DNA of 64,000 nt, from positions 129,983 to 193,982 of the forward strand of contig JAJDEO010000069.1 of assembly GCA_029259745.1 (NCBI GenBank). The letters are read 5' to 3'. Positions 38,701-47,417 of the stretch are shown here, piece by piece; positions within the stretch are counted from its first letter, which is position 1, and each line of letters opens with the position of its first letter. Below the pieces are notes generated by a model, which saw only the letters and a program-made list of their open reading frames with translations, ran no database searches and was not told the DNA's origin. The position numbers were made by a program, and so were the translations under genes. This DNA comes from Planctomycetota bacterium. GTDB taxonomy: Bacteria; Planctomycetota; B15-G4.

Positions 38701-40695
38701 CACCTCGAGATCGACCGGCCGGAAGTTCAGGTCGTCGCTGAAGAGGATCGGTTCGATCTCGTCGGCGCCGAAGCCGGCCCCGTCGTCGCGCAGCTGGTAC
38801 TGGAAGATGCCGCGGAAGCCGATGACGTTCGCGATGAGGTACGTGTCGCGGAAGGCCGTCGGCATGTGTCGACTCGACAGGATCTCCGTGGCCGCGGCCG
38901 GGCGACTACGCTGCGGGAAGAACGGTCGGCCGCGCGTGCGCTTGGCCGGGAAGATCGCGTGCCCACTCAGCGGCCCGACGACGTAGTTCTGGTTGCCCGT
39001 CCCATCGGTGACGAAGTCCTGTCCCCAGCGATCGAAAACGTGACCGTGCGGGTTCGCGAAGTTGAACGGCATGTAGCGTTCGACGTGCCAGGTCCGCGGA
39101 TCGAAGCGCCACACACACGCGTTGTTGTTGCGCACGACGCCGTGGACGGTCTCGATCTGTGAGTGGTGGAAGACGCCTTCCTGGAAGTAGAGCGCGCCGT
39201 CGGGGCCGAGCACGAACGAGTTGGCGCCGTGATGCGTGTCGGCGCTGGAGAGACCGTGCAGCACGCGCGTGCGCTCTTCGATGCTCGCACGCCCATCACC
39301 GTCTTGGTCCTTCAAGAAGAACAGGTCGGGCGCCGTGGCCACGAAGACACCGCCGTTCCAGAACTCGATCCCCGTCGGGTTGTGGAGACCTTCGGCGAAC
39401 GGAATGCACGTGTCGGCGCGTCCATCGCCGTCGTGGTCTTCGAGCACGAGGATCGCGTCGAGACCCTGGCCGATCGACGCACCGCCGACGTCCGCGGGCA
39501 ATCCGTGCGGGTACGTCGACCAGACCGCCACCCAGAGTCGCCCGCGCGTGTCGAACGCCATCTGCACGGGGTTGACGAACTCGGGGAACATCGACTCGTC
39601 GGCGAACAGCTCGACACGCAGCCCGCGCGCCGGCGTCATGTCCTCGAGCGCGTCCGTGCCGTCGCGGTAGACGTGCTCGCCGTCGGGTCCGTCACCGGGG
39701 CGATTCGTCTTCACCGGGATCACCGGAGGGACCTCGACCTCGGCCAGCTCCTGGACGACGGCGATGAAGTCTTCCGCCTTGCCGGCCGCCACGAGCCACA
39801 TGTAGCGATCGGCACGCGCGACGTGGGCATCGAGCACATCGAGCTCCCGCTGAAGCACCTCGTAGTTCGTGACGCCGTCGTACTCGAGCGACGAGCGTCC
39901 GCCGTAGACGTTGTAGCCATCGGTCGCGCGATAGCGGTTGAACCACATCGCGTTCTTCAGCCGCACGGCCATGCGCAGCTCGCCATATCGGTCGGACGTC
40001 GGCTGAGGCGTGCCGGCCCCTTCGATCCGCGTGAACAGCGCCTCGGTGAGGAGGCGATGACCGCGCTCGTTGAGGTGGATGCCGTTGATCGTGGTGTGGT
40101 CGGCGGCCGCGAAGTCGTCCGCGAGAAGCGCGGCGAGATCGACGAACGGCAGGCCGCGCTCGTCGGCGAGGGTGTGCATCGCGCGGTTGAAGGGCGCGAG
40201 GCGCGTCGTGTGGTCGAGCGCCGTCGGCACCAGCGGGCTTTCAGCGTCCTCGGCGGCACAGGGGCCGACGAGCAGCACGCGACGCGTCGGAACGCCGTCG
40301 TCGTCCGCGGCCTCGAGCATCGTCAGCCACGTCGCCAAGTCACGCCGGAAGTCGGCGGGCGAGCCCTCGAAACTCTCCGCGAACCCCACGAACGCCAGCA
40401 CGACCGACGCACCGACGCGTCGCAGCCACTCCTCCTGGGAGCCGAAGCCGTCTGTGCGCTGACCGCCGCGCACGCCGTCACCCGAGAAGCCGAGATTGCG
40501 CAGCGACAGACGATGCTCGGGGAACGCCCGATGCAACGCCGTCTCGAACTGTCCGTCGTGTTGCATGCGCTCGGCGAGCGCGTTGCCGACGATCGCGATC
40601 CGATCCCCCGGCTGCAGCACGAGCCGCGCCTCGTCGGGTTCGGCAGCCACGAGCGGGACAAGACACGACAACAGCACGAGCGACAGACGAAGCAT
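35773..40695 (-). CDS. Giant PVC-type heme-binding protein: SGNH-like, dehydrogenase-like propeller, HEAT, F5/8-fucolectin, cupredoxin and cytochrome c domains
   Basis: Signal peptide MLRLSLVLL; LFADE..F..NPVQM.FD.RGRLWV, DTHH, FRPVD, DW.N.IIGHMQH; LTLAEVQVF/NPWWELDLG; MPHN...CTVPGH...M; CTLCH and SAMP. Confidence 0.9.
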   Translation of the reverse strand: MLRLSLVLLSCLVPLVAAEPDEARLVLQPGDRIAIVGNALAERMQHDGQFETALHRAFPEHRLSLRNLGFSGDGVRGGQRTDGFGSQEEWLRRVGASVVLAFVGFAESFEGSPADFRRDLATWLTMLEAADDDGVPTRRVLLVGPCAAEDAESPLVPTALDHTTRLAPFNRAMHTLADERGLPFVDLAALLADDFAAADHTTINGIHLNERGHRLLTEALFTRIEGAGTPQPTSDRYGELRMAVRLKNAMWFNRYRATDGYNVYGGRSSLEYDGVTNYEVLQRELDVLDAHVARADRYMWLVAAGKAEDFIAVVQELAEVEVPPVIPVKTNRPGDGPDGEHVYRDGTDALEDMTPARGLRVELFADESMFPEFVNPVQMAFDTRGRLWVAVWSTYPHGLPADVGGASIGQGLDAILVLEDHDGDGRADTCIPFAEGLHNPTGIEFWNGGVFVATAPDLFFLKDQDGDGRASIEERTRVLHGLSSADTHHGANSFVLGPDGALYFQEGVFHHSQIETVHGVVRNNNACVWRFDPRTWHVERYMPFNFANPHGHVFDRWGQDFVTDGTGNQNYVVGPLSGHAIFPAKRTRGRPFFPQRSRPAAATEILSSRHMPTAFRDTYLIANVIGFRGIFQYQLRDDGAGFGADEIEPILFSDDLNFRPVDLEVGPDGALYVADWHNAIIGHMQHHLRDPSRDRLHGRIYRVVADGRPLLDPVPIADQPLDVLFENLRTPEDRVRYRTRIELSGRATVDVVVAARRWVESLDANDPEHEHHLLEALWVQQGQTVVDRPLLLRLLDARDSRARAAAVRAVRHMRRLIDDAPELLAKAARDVDPRVRCEAVVGLSFVPTAGAAEAAVSVLSQPMDAFLEDALHQTLVTLDVPWRSALASGEVLCADDPTGLAHLLSMLTTDELARVAPSVVADAERLTRHGLDIVTYRAAAERLADARGESVVEVLLAAIDTADREDEASSHADHLLSDLFATLRDVDAGASAVALTRLAREGQRRSTRRLATAAAIDASDDIESAWSTGLTSAGALTEFLDALAYTTKMSPRATVYDRVAALLDGPPPALATQLGDANAVAGRYVRVSLAGDQRTLTLAEVQVFAAGTNVAPAGSATQSSTNWGGVPSNALDGITSGAWLDGAQTHTLEDQPNPWWELDLGATQRIDRIALWNRTDGPYGRRLDDVVIDVLDGQRRAVAAYQHDGQLGPTMSWTLEPPRLTLRRAAVRALGALDVRVPVTITTLVDRLRDDELRADVVAALRGIDAERWSDANREELERGLFETLAVAKPESYWMTPTGRSVLAFADEWIPRMSSGVVDGFRRLRRTLGPQVFLVRPVHDALLFDRTELVVAAGRPIELVFDNTDIMPHNLVVTAPGALARVGRAAEAMAAEPDAWERAFVPDVPDVIVATGLLSSGQSQTLSFDAPSAPGNYPFVCTVPGHWTRMNGTLRVVAPGDAALDVVDAVAAAEASVMAENCERVFVAEWTLDELRPILDDVPSSSVERGRDVFVDASCTLCHAVDGAGGETGPAIEAGVARWTSNEDLLAQLLDPSAEIAAGYASEIFVLKDGSVVSGRVRAEDDATASVQINPYASTIEEVAVADVDDRWTSQVSAMPEGLLSTFTREEIADLLAYLAAQRK

Positions 40696-40820
40696 CGGCG
40701 CGACCTCGAGTGGAGAGGTCGACCACCTTAGCAGCCGGTTGAAGGACTGCTTCGGATGGGATGGGCGTGCCGGTTGGTTCTGGTCGTGCGCGGAAGATCG
40801 CCGCGGCTTGCCCCGACGCG

Positions 40821-41939
40821 TCAGCCGAAGCGCACGCTGTGGATCGGCGGCAGGTGCGCCGAGATGTGCGTCCAATGGTCGCCCTGGTCTTCGCTCACCC
40901 ACAGCGAACCCGTGGTGCTTCCGAAGGCGAGCACGTCGCCGCTCGCATCGATGTCGAAGGCGTGGCGGAAGACGAGATCGTAGGCGTGCTGCTGCGGCAA
41001 GCCGTTCGTGAGGACGTCGAAGCTCTTGCCGCCGTCGCGCGTGCGCGTGACGACGACCTTGCCGTCCTTCGGATAGCGGGCCTCGTCCTTGACCGCCGGG
41101 ATGAACCAGGCCGTATCGGGGTCGCGCGGATGGACGACGACGGGGAAGCCGAACGTCGACGGGCCGGCCTCGGCGACCTCGTTCCACGAAGCGCAGTCGT
41201 CGGTGGTCTTGAAGATTCCGTTGTGGTGCTGCGCCCAGAACACGTCGGGCGCCGACGGGCTCTGCACGACGCAGTGCGGGTCTTGGGTGTTCGGGTCGCC
41301 GGCGAGTTCGGGCGGCATGTACTCGGCGCGCATCCCGTCGGCGCGCAGCTCCCAGCTCGTGCCGCCGTCGCGCGTCTGCCAGACACCGCCGCACGAGACC
41401 CCCAGCGTGACACGGTCGGCGTCGTCGGGATGCACGCAGACGGAGTGGATGCCGGGCCAGTCGGCGCCGCCGCCGAACCACCCGGGACGCAGCTCGTGGT
41501 ACCAGAGCGACTGGACGAGTTGCCACGTGTCGCCGCGGTCGTCGCTGCGGAAGAGGCCACCGGGGATCGTCCCGCACCAGAGCGTGCCCGGTTGCGCGGG
41601 GCCGCCTGGCGCGAGCGCCCAGATCTTCTTCAACGACCATGGAACCGGGCGCGCGTTGTTCTCGGTTGGCTCGGGCTCGGCGTCTTCGGGCTTGGGCGGG
41701 TAGATGGGCACGCCGACCTCCTCGAACGTGGCGCCACCGTCGGACGAGCGCTGCACCTTGACGCCGAAGTGTCCGTGATCGAGGGCGGCGTAGACGTCGC
41801 GCCCTTCGGTGCGCACATCCGACATCGCGAGCGAGACGTTGTCGCCCAGCATCGCGACGTCCGACACGCCCCACCCGTCGCTCCCGCGCGTCACCGTGAA
41901 CAGGCCCTTACGCGAGCCGACGAGAATCCGTGCTGTCAT
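40821..41939 (-). CDS. BNR/Asp-box (sialidase-like) beta-propeller protein
   Basis: VGSRKGLF; Asp boxes SSDGGATF, SDDRGDTW, TRDGGTSW, TRDGGKSF, SEDQGDHW; QDPH, QHHNG. Confidence 0.88.
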   Translation of the reverse strand: MTARILVGSRKGLFTVTRGSDGWGVSDVAMLGDNVSLAMSDVRTEGRDVYAALDHGHFGVKVQRSSDGGATFEEVGVPIYPPKPEDAEPEPTENNARPVPWSLKKIWALAPGGPAQPGTLWCGTIPGGLFRSDDRGDTWQLVQSLWYHELRPGWFGGGADWPGIHSVCVHPDDADRVTLGVSCGGVWQTRDGGTSWELRADGMRAEYMPPELAGDPNTQDPHCVVQSPSAPDVFWAQHHNGIFKTTDDCASWNEVAEAGPSTFGFPVVVHPRDPDTAWFIPAVKDEARYPKDGKVVVTRTRDGGKSFDVLTNGLPQQHAYDLVFRHAFDIDASGDVLAFGSTTGSLWVSEDQGDHWTHISAHLPPIHSVRFG

Positions 41940-41984
41940 CCGTTCTCTCCCTGATGCGCTTGCGACGCTGGACACTGCTCCGTG

Positions 41985-42254
41985 TCAGCCGCCCGACAAC
42001 GCCTGCATGACGTCGATACGCCCGCCCACCGACACGCCGTCGCCGAGCGTCGCACGATCGCGAATCTGATGTCCATCGACGAACACGATCATGTGCTTTC
42101 GCAGAGCGCCTTGGTCGTCGAGCACGTAACTCCGTGCGCGCGGGGCGTGGCCGAAAACGGCCTCGAGACACTCGCGAACGGTGCGGCCTGTGACCTCGGT
42201 CGGCGGGCACTCCACGTGCCGCTGGATGTTCGCCGTGAACGTCACCGTCACCAT
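41985..42254 (-). CDS. MoaD/ThiS family ubiquitin-like protein
   Basis: 89 aa; G.TV...L, YVLDDQG.LRKH..VFVDG, C-terminal ALSGG; GGAGGAG RBS. Confidence 0.9.
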   Translation of the reverse strand: MVTVTFTANIQRHVECPPTEVTGRTVRECLEAVFGHAPRARSYVLDDQGALRKHMIVFVDGHQIRDRATLGDGVSVGGRIDVMQALSGG

Positions 42255-42589
42255 CGTCACTCCTCCGCGTGGCGCTCGGCCGCCCGTCCCTCTGCATCAG
42301 ATCGAGAGCGACGTTAGATCCACTTTGCGCGGACGTCAAACGCGCTCGGTTCGACGCCTGGATCGATCACGACGGTTGCCAGTCCTCCAGCCGGCCATGC
42401 GCAGCGTTTGCCGCCAGAACTGTGTGCCCGCCACGGGTCCCACGCGCGACTCGGCCACGCACAGGTTCGTGTGTGCGGGCGCCACGCCCCTCGGCGTCCC
42501 ACGCCGGGACACCTCGTCGCGAAATCTCGTCCACAGGACAGATGCGCCGAGTGCCGATGCATCAGCACGACACCCTCGATTCGACATCC

Positions 42590-44329
42590 ATGACTTCCCG
42601 GTTCCCAGACCGCATCCGCCCCGACCCGATCACGGTCGTGCCCGCCATCCTCGCCGCCCTGGCGACGCTGGCCGCGATGCCGCTGCTGATCGCCCGCGGC
42701 TGGACGCTCAAGGTGTTCGCCATCCCGATCGCCGAGCGGTTCTTCTCGAGCGATGGCGTGATCAACCCGTCCTCAGAAGTGTTTCTCGAACGACTGCTGA
42801 GCAACCTTGGCTGGATGCTCCTCGTCGTCGCGTGCCTCGTGATGGCCTGGGGGCGACTGGGACGAAGCCTTCCCGCCCAGCTCTCCGAGCACTTGCACGG
42901 CGCCATCAGCGAGACGCGCGCACGCGGCTGGTGGCTCCCCGCGCTGGCCTCCGTGCTGCTCGCCGTCCTGTCCGCGCCATACATGACCCGCGGCTTCGGC
43001 TACGACGAGATCTTCACGACGATTCACTTCATCGACACGGCGTCGTTCTGGGAGACGCTGTCGTCGTACAAGCTCTTCAACAACCACGTGGCCTACTCGC
43101 TGCTCGCGCGCATCGCACGCATGGTCGGCGGCCCGTCGGAGGCCGTCCTGCGTGTTCCGGCGCTGCTGCTCGGCATGACGACGATCGTGGCGACGTGGCG
43201 CGTCGGGCTCGCACTCGTCGGGCGACGTGCCGCCGGGCTGGCCGTGCTGGCCCTGGCCTGCTCGCCTACCATGATCGCCTGGAGCACGTCCGCGCGCGGC
43301 TACACGGGCCTGATGGCCTGCACGTCGTGGGCGCTGCTCGCCTACCTCGAAATCCTACGCGAACGTGGACGGCCGGCGACGCTGCAGCTCACCGTCGCCC
43401 TCGCCGTCGGCGCCTGGTTCCACCTCTACGGCATCCTCGTCGGTCTTGCGATCGGCGCGCACCTCATCTGGATGACACTCACGTCGCCCTCGCACGTCTC
43501 GGCACGGGCCTTCCGCGCATCGTGGTGGTCACTCGTGGGCGCCGGACTCGCGACATTCGTGCTCTACATGCCGGTGCTCCCGCAGCTCCTCTATCACGTC
43601 GCCCAGCGCCGCGCCGGCACCTTCCAGCCCGACTTCCCGATCACCGTGCTCACCGAACTCGTCGGTGCAGTTCCGGGGCCGCTGTTCGTCCTCATCTCCG
43701 TCTTCGCCGCGATCGGCCTCGCATCCGTCCACCGCCTGCAGGGCGCACGAGCCAGCTGCCTCGTCGCGATCTCGCTCTGCCCACTGTTGGTGCTGTGGCT
43801 CGTGATCCAACCGTTCGACCTCTACGGCCGCTTCTTCGCCTACCTCCTGCCGCCCTTCCTGCTGCTCGTCGCGCGCGGCTTGCTCGACGTCACACCGCAG
43901 CGCAGCACGGTCCTCGCCGGCATCATCTTCCTCTGGCCGATGGGCGAGTGGCTGGAGCGGGCCGAGAGCACGATCGTCGAGGAGGGCTATCGCGGCGCCG
44001 CGAGCGCTGTCTCGGGAACGGCACACCACGACCTGACCGTGAAGCTCAGGCCCGCGAACGCGCAGACGACCATCGTCGCGATCGGCGGCGGTGCCGAGTT
44101 GTTCGACTACTACTGCGACAGGCCTGTCGTCGTTCCGAACGACTACATCAGCTTCCTGGAGGTCGCGGCCGGAGCGCGCGAGATGCGCTGCCTCTACCGC
44201 CCGACGTCTTGGCAGAGCGACGACCACGACGCGATCTCCCTCTGGTTCGAGACGCACGGGCGCCGGTTCGATTTCGGGAACGTGTGCGTCTACGTCTGGG
44301 CCCGGACGGACGACTTCGCGGCGCACTGA
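42590..44329 (+). CDS. GT-C (GT39/PMT-like) polytopic glycosyltransferase
   Basis: Many TM helices; YDE, NNH..Y..L, E..LRVP, S.SARGY motifs. Confidence 0.8.
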   Translation: MTSRFPDRIRPDPITVVPAILAALATLAAMPLLIARGWTLKVFAIPIAERFFSSDGVINPSSEVFLERLLSNLGWMLLVVACLVMAWGRLGRSLPAQLSEHLHGAISETRARGWWLPALASVLLAVLSAPYMTRGFGYDEIFTTIHFIDTASFWETLSSYKLFNNHVAYSLLARIARMVGGPSEAVLRVPALLLGMTTIVATWRVGLALVGRRAAGLAVLALACSPTMIAWSTSARGYTGLMACTSWALLAYLEILRERGRPATLQLTVALAVGAWFHLYGILVGLAIGAHLIWMTLTSPSHVSARAFRASWWSLVGAGLATFVLYMPVLPQLLYHVAQRRAGTFQPDFPITVLTELVGAVPGPLFVLISVFAAIGLASVHRLQGARASCLVAISLCPLLVLWLVIQPFDLYGRFFAYLLPPFLLLVARGLLDVTPQRSTVLAGIIFLWPMGEWLERAESTIVEEGYRGAASAVSGTAHHDLTVKLRPANAQTTIVAIGGGAELFDYYCDRPVVVPNDYISFLEVAAGAREMRCLYRPTSWQSDDHDAISLWFETHGRRFDFGNVCVYVWARTDDFAAH

Positions 44330-44433
44330 ACGGCGAGTCGCGCGCGCCCGCTGGCGCCCGAAGCACGCCTCGTCGCCGCCGCAGTCGGCACACAGACTTG
44401 CACGACCCGCGCGTCAGCCGACACGATGGGCCG

Positions 44434-45513
44434 ATGATCACGACGTCTCTCCACTCGCGCCTGCTCGCCCTCGCCCTGACGACCGCCACCGTCATGTCCT
44501 CGGCAACGGCCTGCACACCGCCCGACCCGGCCAGCCAGCTGCAGGACGACGGAGTCCCCGACGTCGTCCTCGCCCCATCGTCCGTCGCATCCGTCGGCGA
44601 CCAGCAGATCGGCTGGAACGAGCTCGACCGCTACATCTCGACGCTCTACGCACGTCAGCCGATCGGCGACGAGACGCTGCGCCAGATCGTCACCGAGCGC
44701 ATCGTCGAACGCGAAGCGGGACGTCTCGGCCTCGAAATCAGCAACGACGACGTGAGCCTCGGCCTCGCGCGCCTCGACGCCGAAGCCCGCGAGCGCACCG
44801 GTCAAGGCCTGCACGAGTCGCTCGACGCGGCCGTGGCCGACTCCGACCTGCGCGCCGGCATGCGCACGCTGCTCGAACTCGAAGCCATCGTCCGCGCCGA
44901 CAAGCAACTGCCCGAAGGCGAGCCCGTCGACCCGGTCGTCCTCTCGGCCTGGCTCGAGCCGTTCGTCGATTCGGCGGGGATCCAGGAGCGTCCCCTCGAC
45001 GATCCGATCGCCGCGGTGTGGTCGGGCGGCGAGATCACGCGTGAAGAAGTGGGCCGGCGCGTGCGCTCGATCCTCCAGCTCGACGAGCTGCACGGCATCG
45101 TCTCCGAGATGCTCGGCATCGTCGTCGTTCGCAACGAAGCCGCCCGCCGCGGCATCGCCCTCACGCAGACCGCGGCCACCGAGGAGATCCTCGAACGCGA
45201 CGCCCTGCTCAAGCGTCACGAGGAACTCGCCAACACGTCCTACGCCGACTTCATCCAGGCCAGCCAGAAGCGCTCCCTCGCGGAGCTGCTCGCCAGCGAG
45301 AAGTTCGCGACCGAGGTGCTGCTGCGCCTCTTCGTGGAGGATGACTACGACGACGCGGCCGTGCGCGCCTTCCACGACGCCGAGCGCGGCCTGTTCGTCC
45401 AGCGCTACGGCGACCAGCCCTTCGAGGACATCGCGCATCTGGTCCGCAAAGAGCTGCGCGAGCGCGTCTACCGCAAACTCTACGAGGCGGCGACGATCCA
45501 GCGACGCCTTTGA
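44434..45513 (+). CDS. Putative lipoprotein with SurA N-terminal-like helical domains
   Basis: Signal ending ATAC; two VA.V....I...EL / L..I....V..EA.R.G..I repeats; no PPIase motif seen. Confidence 0.62.
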   Translation: MITTSLHSRLLALALTTATVMSSATACTPPDPASQLQDDGVPDVVLAPSSVASVGDQQIGWNELDRYISTLYARQPIGDETLRQIVTERIVEREAGRLGLEISNDDVSLGLARLDAEARERTGQGLHESLDAAVADSDLRAGMRTLLELEAIVRADKQLPEGEPVDPVVLSAWLEPFVDSAGIQERPLDDPIAAVWSGGEITREEVGRRVRSILQLDELHGIVSEMLGIVVVRNEAARRGIALTQTAATEEILERDALLKRHEELANTSYADFIQASQKRSLAELLASEKFATEVLLRLFVEDDYDDAAVRAFHDAERGLFVQRYGDQPFEDIAHLVRKELRERVYRKLYEAATIQRRL

Positions 45514-45704
45514 CGCGGCGGGTCCGCCCGGGCTCCTCGGCGCGTCTTCTGGCACCGCGTCTCGCGGTCCTGCAGGTTGGCCCGGCGACCTCGCGACGCC
45601 CCCCGTGAATCATCCGGGCCTAGTGGTCCCCGCGCCAACCGTGCATGATGCGTCTCGGCTGCCTCCCGGCAGCGCTCGCCCCTTCACACGTCCAGAGTCC
45701 AGCG

Positions 45705-46031
45705 ATGTTCATCGGCCAGGTCGTCGGCACCGTGGTGTCCACGATGAAAGACGAGAAGGTCTGCGATCTGCGGCTGCAGATCGTGCGCCAGCTCGACGAG
45801 AACAACGAGGCGCGCGGCGGGTACGTCGTGGCGGCCGATGCGATCGGCGCCGGGCACGGCGACCTCGTGCTCTACGCGCAGGGGTCGAGCGCGCGTCAAA
45901 CCGAGCTCACCGATGGCCGCCCCATCGACGCGGCGATCTTCGCTGTCGTCGACTCTTGGGACGTCGACGGGAAAGTCGTCTATCAGAAGGAAGGTCTCGA
46001 GTCGATCGGCGTCGAGCCGGCCGAGGTCTGA
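45705..46031 (+). CDS. Microcompartment vertex protein (BMC-P, EutN/CcmL family)
   Basis: MFIGQVVGTVVST.K, VAAD.IGAG.GD.VL..QGSSAR, PIDAAI.AVVD. Confidence 0.95.
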   Translation: MFIGQVVGTVVSTMKDEKVCDLRLQIVRQLDENNEARGGYVVAADAIGAGHGDLVLYAQGSSARQTELTDGRPIDAAIFAVVDSWDVDGKVVYQKEGLESIGVEPAEV

Positions 46032-46035
46032 GCCC

Positions 46036-46335
46036 ATGTATCTCGCGCGAGTGATCGGGCGCGTCGTCGCCACCCATAAGCTCGAGGGCTTGGTCGGGCA
46101 GAAGTTGCTGCTCGTGCGGCCGCTCGACGAGCAGGGTGACGTGCAGGGGCCCGCCGTCGTCGCGTGCGACGTCGTGCACTCGGGGCTCGGCGACATCGTG
46201 CACGTCGCCGACGGCAAGGAAGCCGCCATGGCGCTCGACGACTCGTTCGTGCCCGTCGACGCAACGATCGTCGGGCACGTCGAACAGTTCGCGCACGACG
46301 GCCAGTTCGCGCACGACGACGAGGCGGCGTCATGA
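46036..46335 (+). CDS. Microcompartment vertex protein (BMC-P, EutN/CcmL family)
   Basis: MYLARVIGRVVAT.K..L.G.KLLLV, VACD.V.SG.GD, GKEA, PVDATIVG.VE. Confidence 0.95.
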   Translation: MYLARVIGRVVATHKLEGLVGQKLLLVRPLDEQGDVQGPAVVACDVVHSGLGDIVHVADGKEAAMALDDSFVPVDATIVGHVEQFAHDGQFAHDDEAAS

Positions 46336-46628
46336 AGCTCGCGCGCGTCATCGGCACGGTCGTCACGCCTGTGCAACACAAGGCCTTCGACGGTCAACGC
46401 CTGCTCGCCGTGCGCCCGATCGAGCCCGACGGTACCGACGCCGCCGACCGCATGTTCGTCGCGATCGATCGCGTCGACGCCGGCGTCGGCGACACGGTGC
46501 TGCTCATGGCCGAGGGGTCGTCCACGCGCGACCTGCTGGGCATGGGCGAGGTGCCGATCCGCTGCTCGATCGTCGGCGTGATCGACGAGATCGAAGTGGC
46601 TGGCGAGACGCTCTACGGACCGGAGTGA
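46332..46628 (+). CDS. Microcompartment vertex protein (BMC-P, EutN/CcmL family)
   Basis: MKLARVIGTVV, VAID.VDAGVGD.VL..EGSS, PI...IVGVID. Confidence 0.95.
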   Translation: MKLARVIGTVVTPVQHKAFDGQRLLAVRPIEPDGTDAADRMFVAIDRVDAGVGDTVLLMAEGSSTRDLLGMGEVPIRCSIVGVIDEIEVAGETLYGPE

Positions 46629-46637
46629 CGCCGGGCG

Positions 46638-47417
46638 TCAGCGCGTGCGCTCGAGGGGCTTCTCGACGAACCACGTGCGGCCTTCGCGCTTCAGCGACGC
46701 GCGCAGGGAGACGCCTCGTCGCGGCGAGTACGAGCGCCAGTAACGGTCGAACTCCTCGCCGAGGAAGCCGGAGCCGCCCGAGCTCCGCAGCCGTTGCGTC
46801 GGCGGCTCGACCCCCACGATCGCTGCGCGCGAGACCTCCCACGCGTCGGCGGGCGCGTCTTCATGGAGCAACGCGTCGAAGGCGTCGCGATCATCGTCGA
46901 AGGCAGCATGGATGGCGGACATCGCGACTCGGCGGATCGGGTCAGCTTGCGGAACGACGCGGAATCCACCTGGATTGCGATACGGCCGCACTCTGAGGTC
47001 GGGGACGACCCGCCGCTCTTCGGTCAGCGGGACCACGATCTCGTAGCCCTCCGTCGTGACGACGCCTGCGGCATCCTCGGAGACGTGGCCACGTGACATC
47101 GTCGACATGTCGGCGATCGAGACGACCTCGAGGCTTGCGGCGTAGGCATCGGCGCGCGCGTCGTCGACGAGCAGCTCCTCGAAGGCCGCGCGGTCCGCGT
47201 GGGCCAGGGCCGAGACCGCCGCGTGGGCCGTCTCGAAGCGCAGGTTGTCCTGACGCTCATGCCACGCCGGAAGCACGTACGTGAAGAAGAAGCCGACAAC
47301 CATGGCGGTGGTGAAGACCCGGATCGCAAGAACCGAGCGCCTCGCCGCGCGACGTTTGCGCGCACGCCGGTCGGCGCGCATCTCGGCGAGGTCCGGTCCG
47401 CGCATCTCAGTCGCCAT
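46638..47417 (-). CDS. Hypothetical single-TM protein with an internal duplication
   Basis: Basic N-terminus, TM helix, two A....DR.AF..LL..DA.ADA[YW] repeats. Confidence 0.65.
   Translation of the reverse strand: MATEMRGPDLAEMRADRRARKRRAARRSVLAIRVFTTAMVVGFFFTYVLPAWHERQDNLRFETAHAAVSALAHADRAAFEELLVDDARADAYAASLEVVSIADMSTMSRGHVSEDAAGVVTTEGYEIVVPLTEERRVVPDLRVRPYRNPGGFRVVPQADPIRRVAMSAIHAAFDDDRDAFDALLHEDAPADAWEVSRAAIVGVEPPTQRLRSSGGSGFLGEEFDRYWRSYSPRRGVSLRASLKREGRTWFVEKPLERTR

Noticed and set aside
40696-41874. N-terminal 393 aa of the 2033-aa ORF
   Set aside because: Off-frame overlap with the propeller gene; the real start is the signal peptide at 40695.
42181-44433. N-terminal part of the 1110-aa ORF, suggesting a GT-C/SurA fusion
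   Set aside because: Alternate-frame read-through of the GT-C gene; the lipoprotein starts at 44434.
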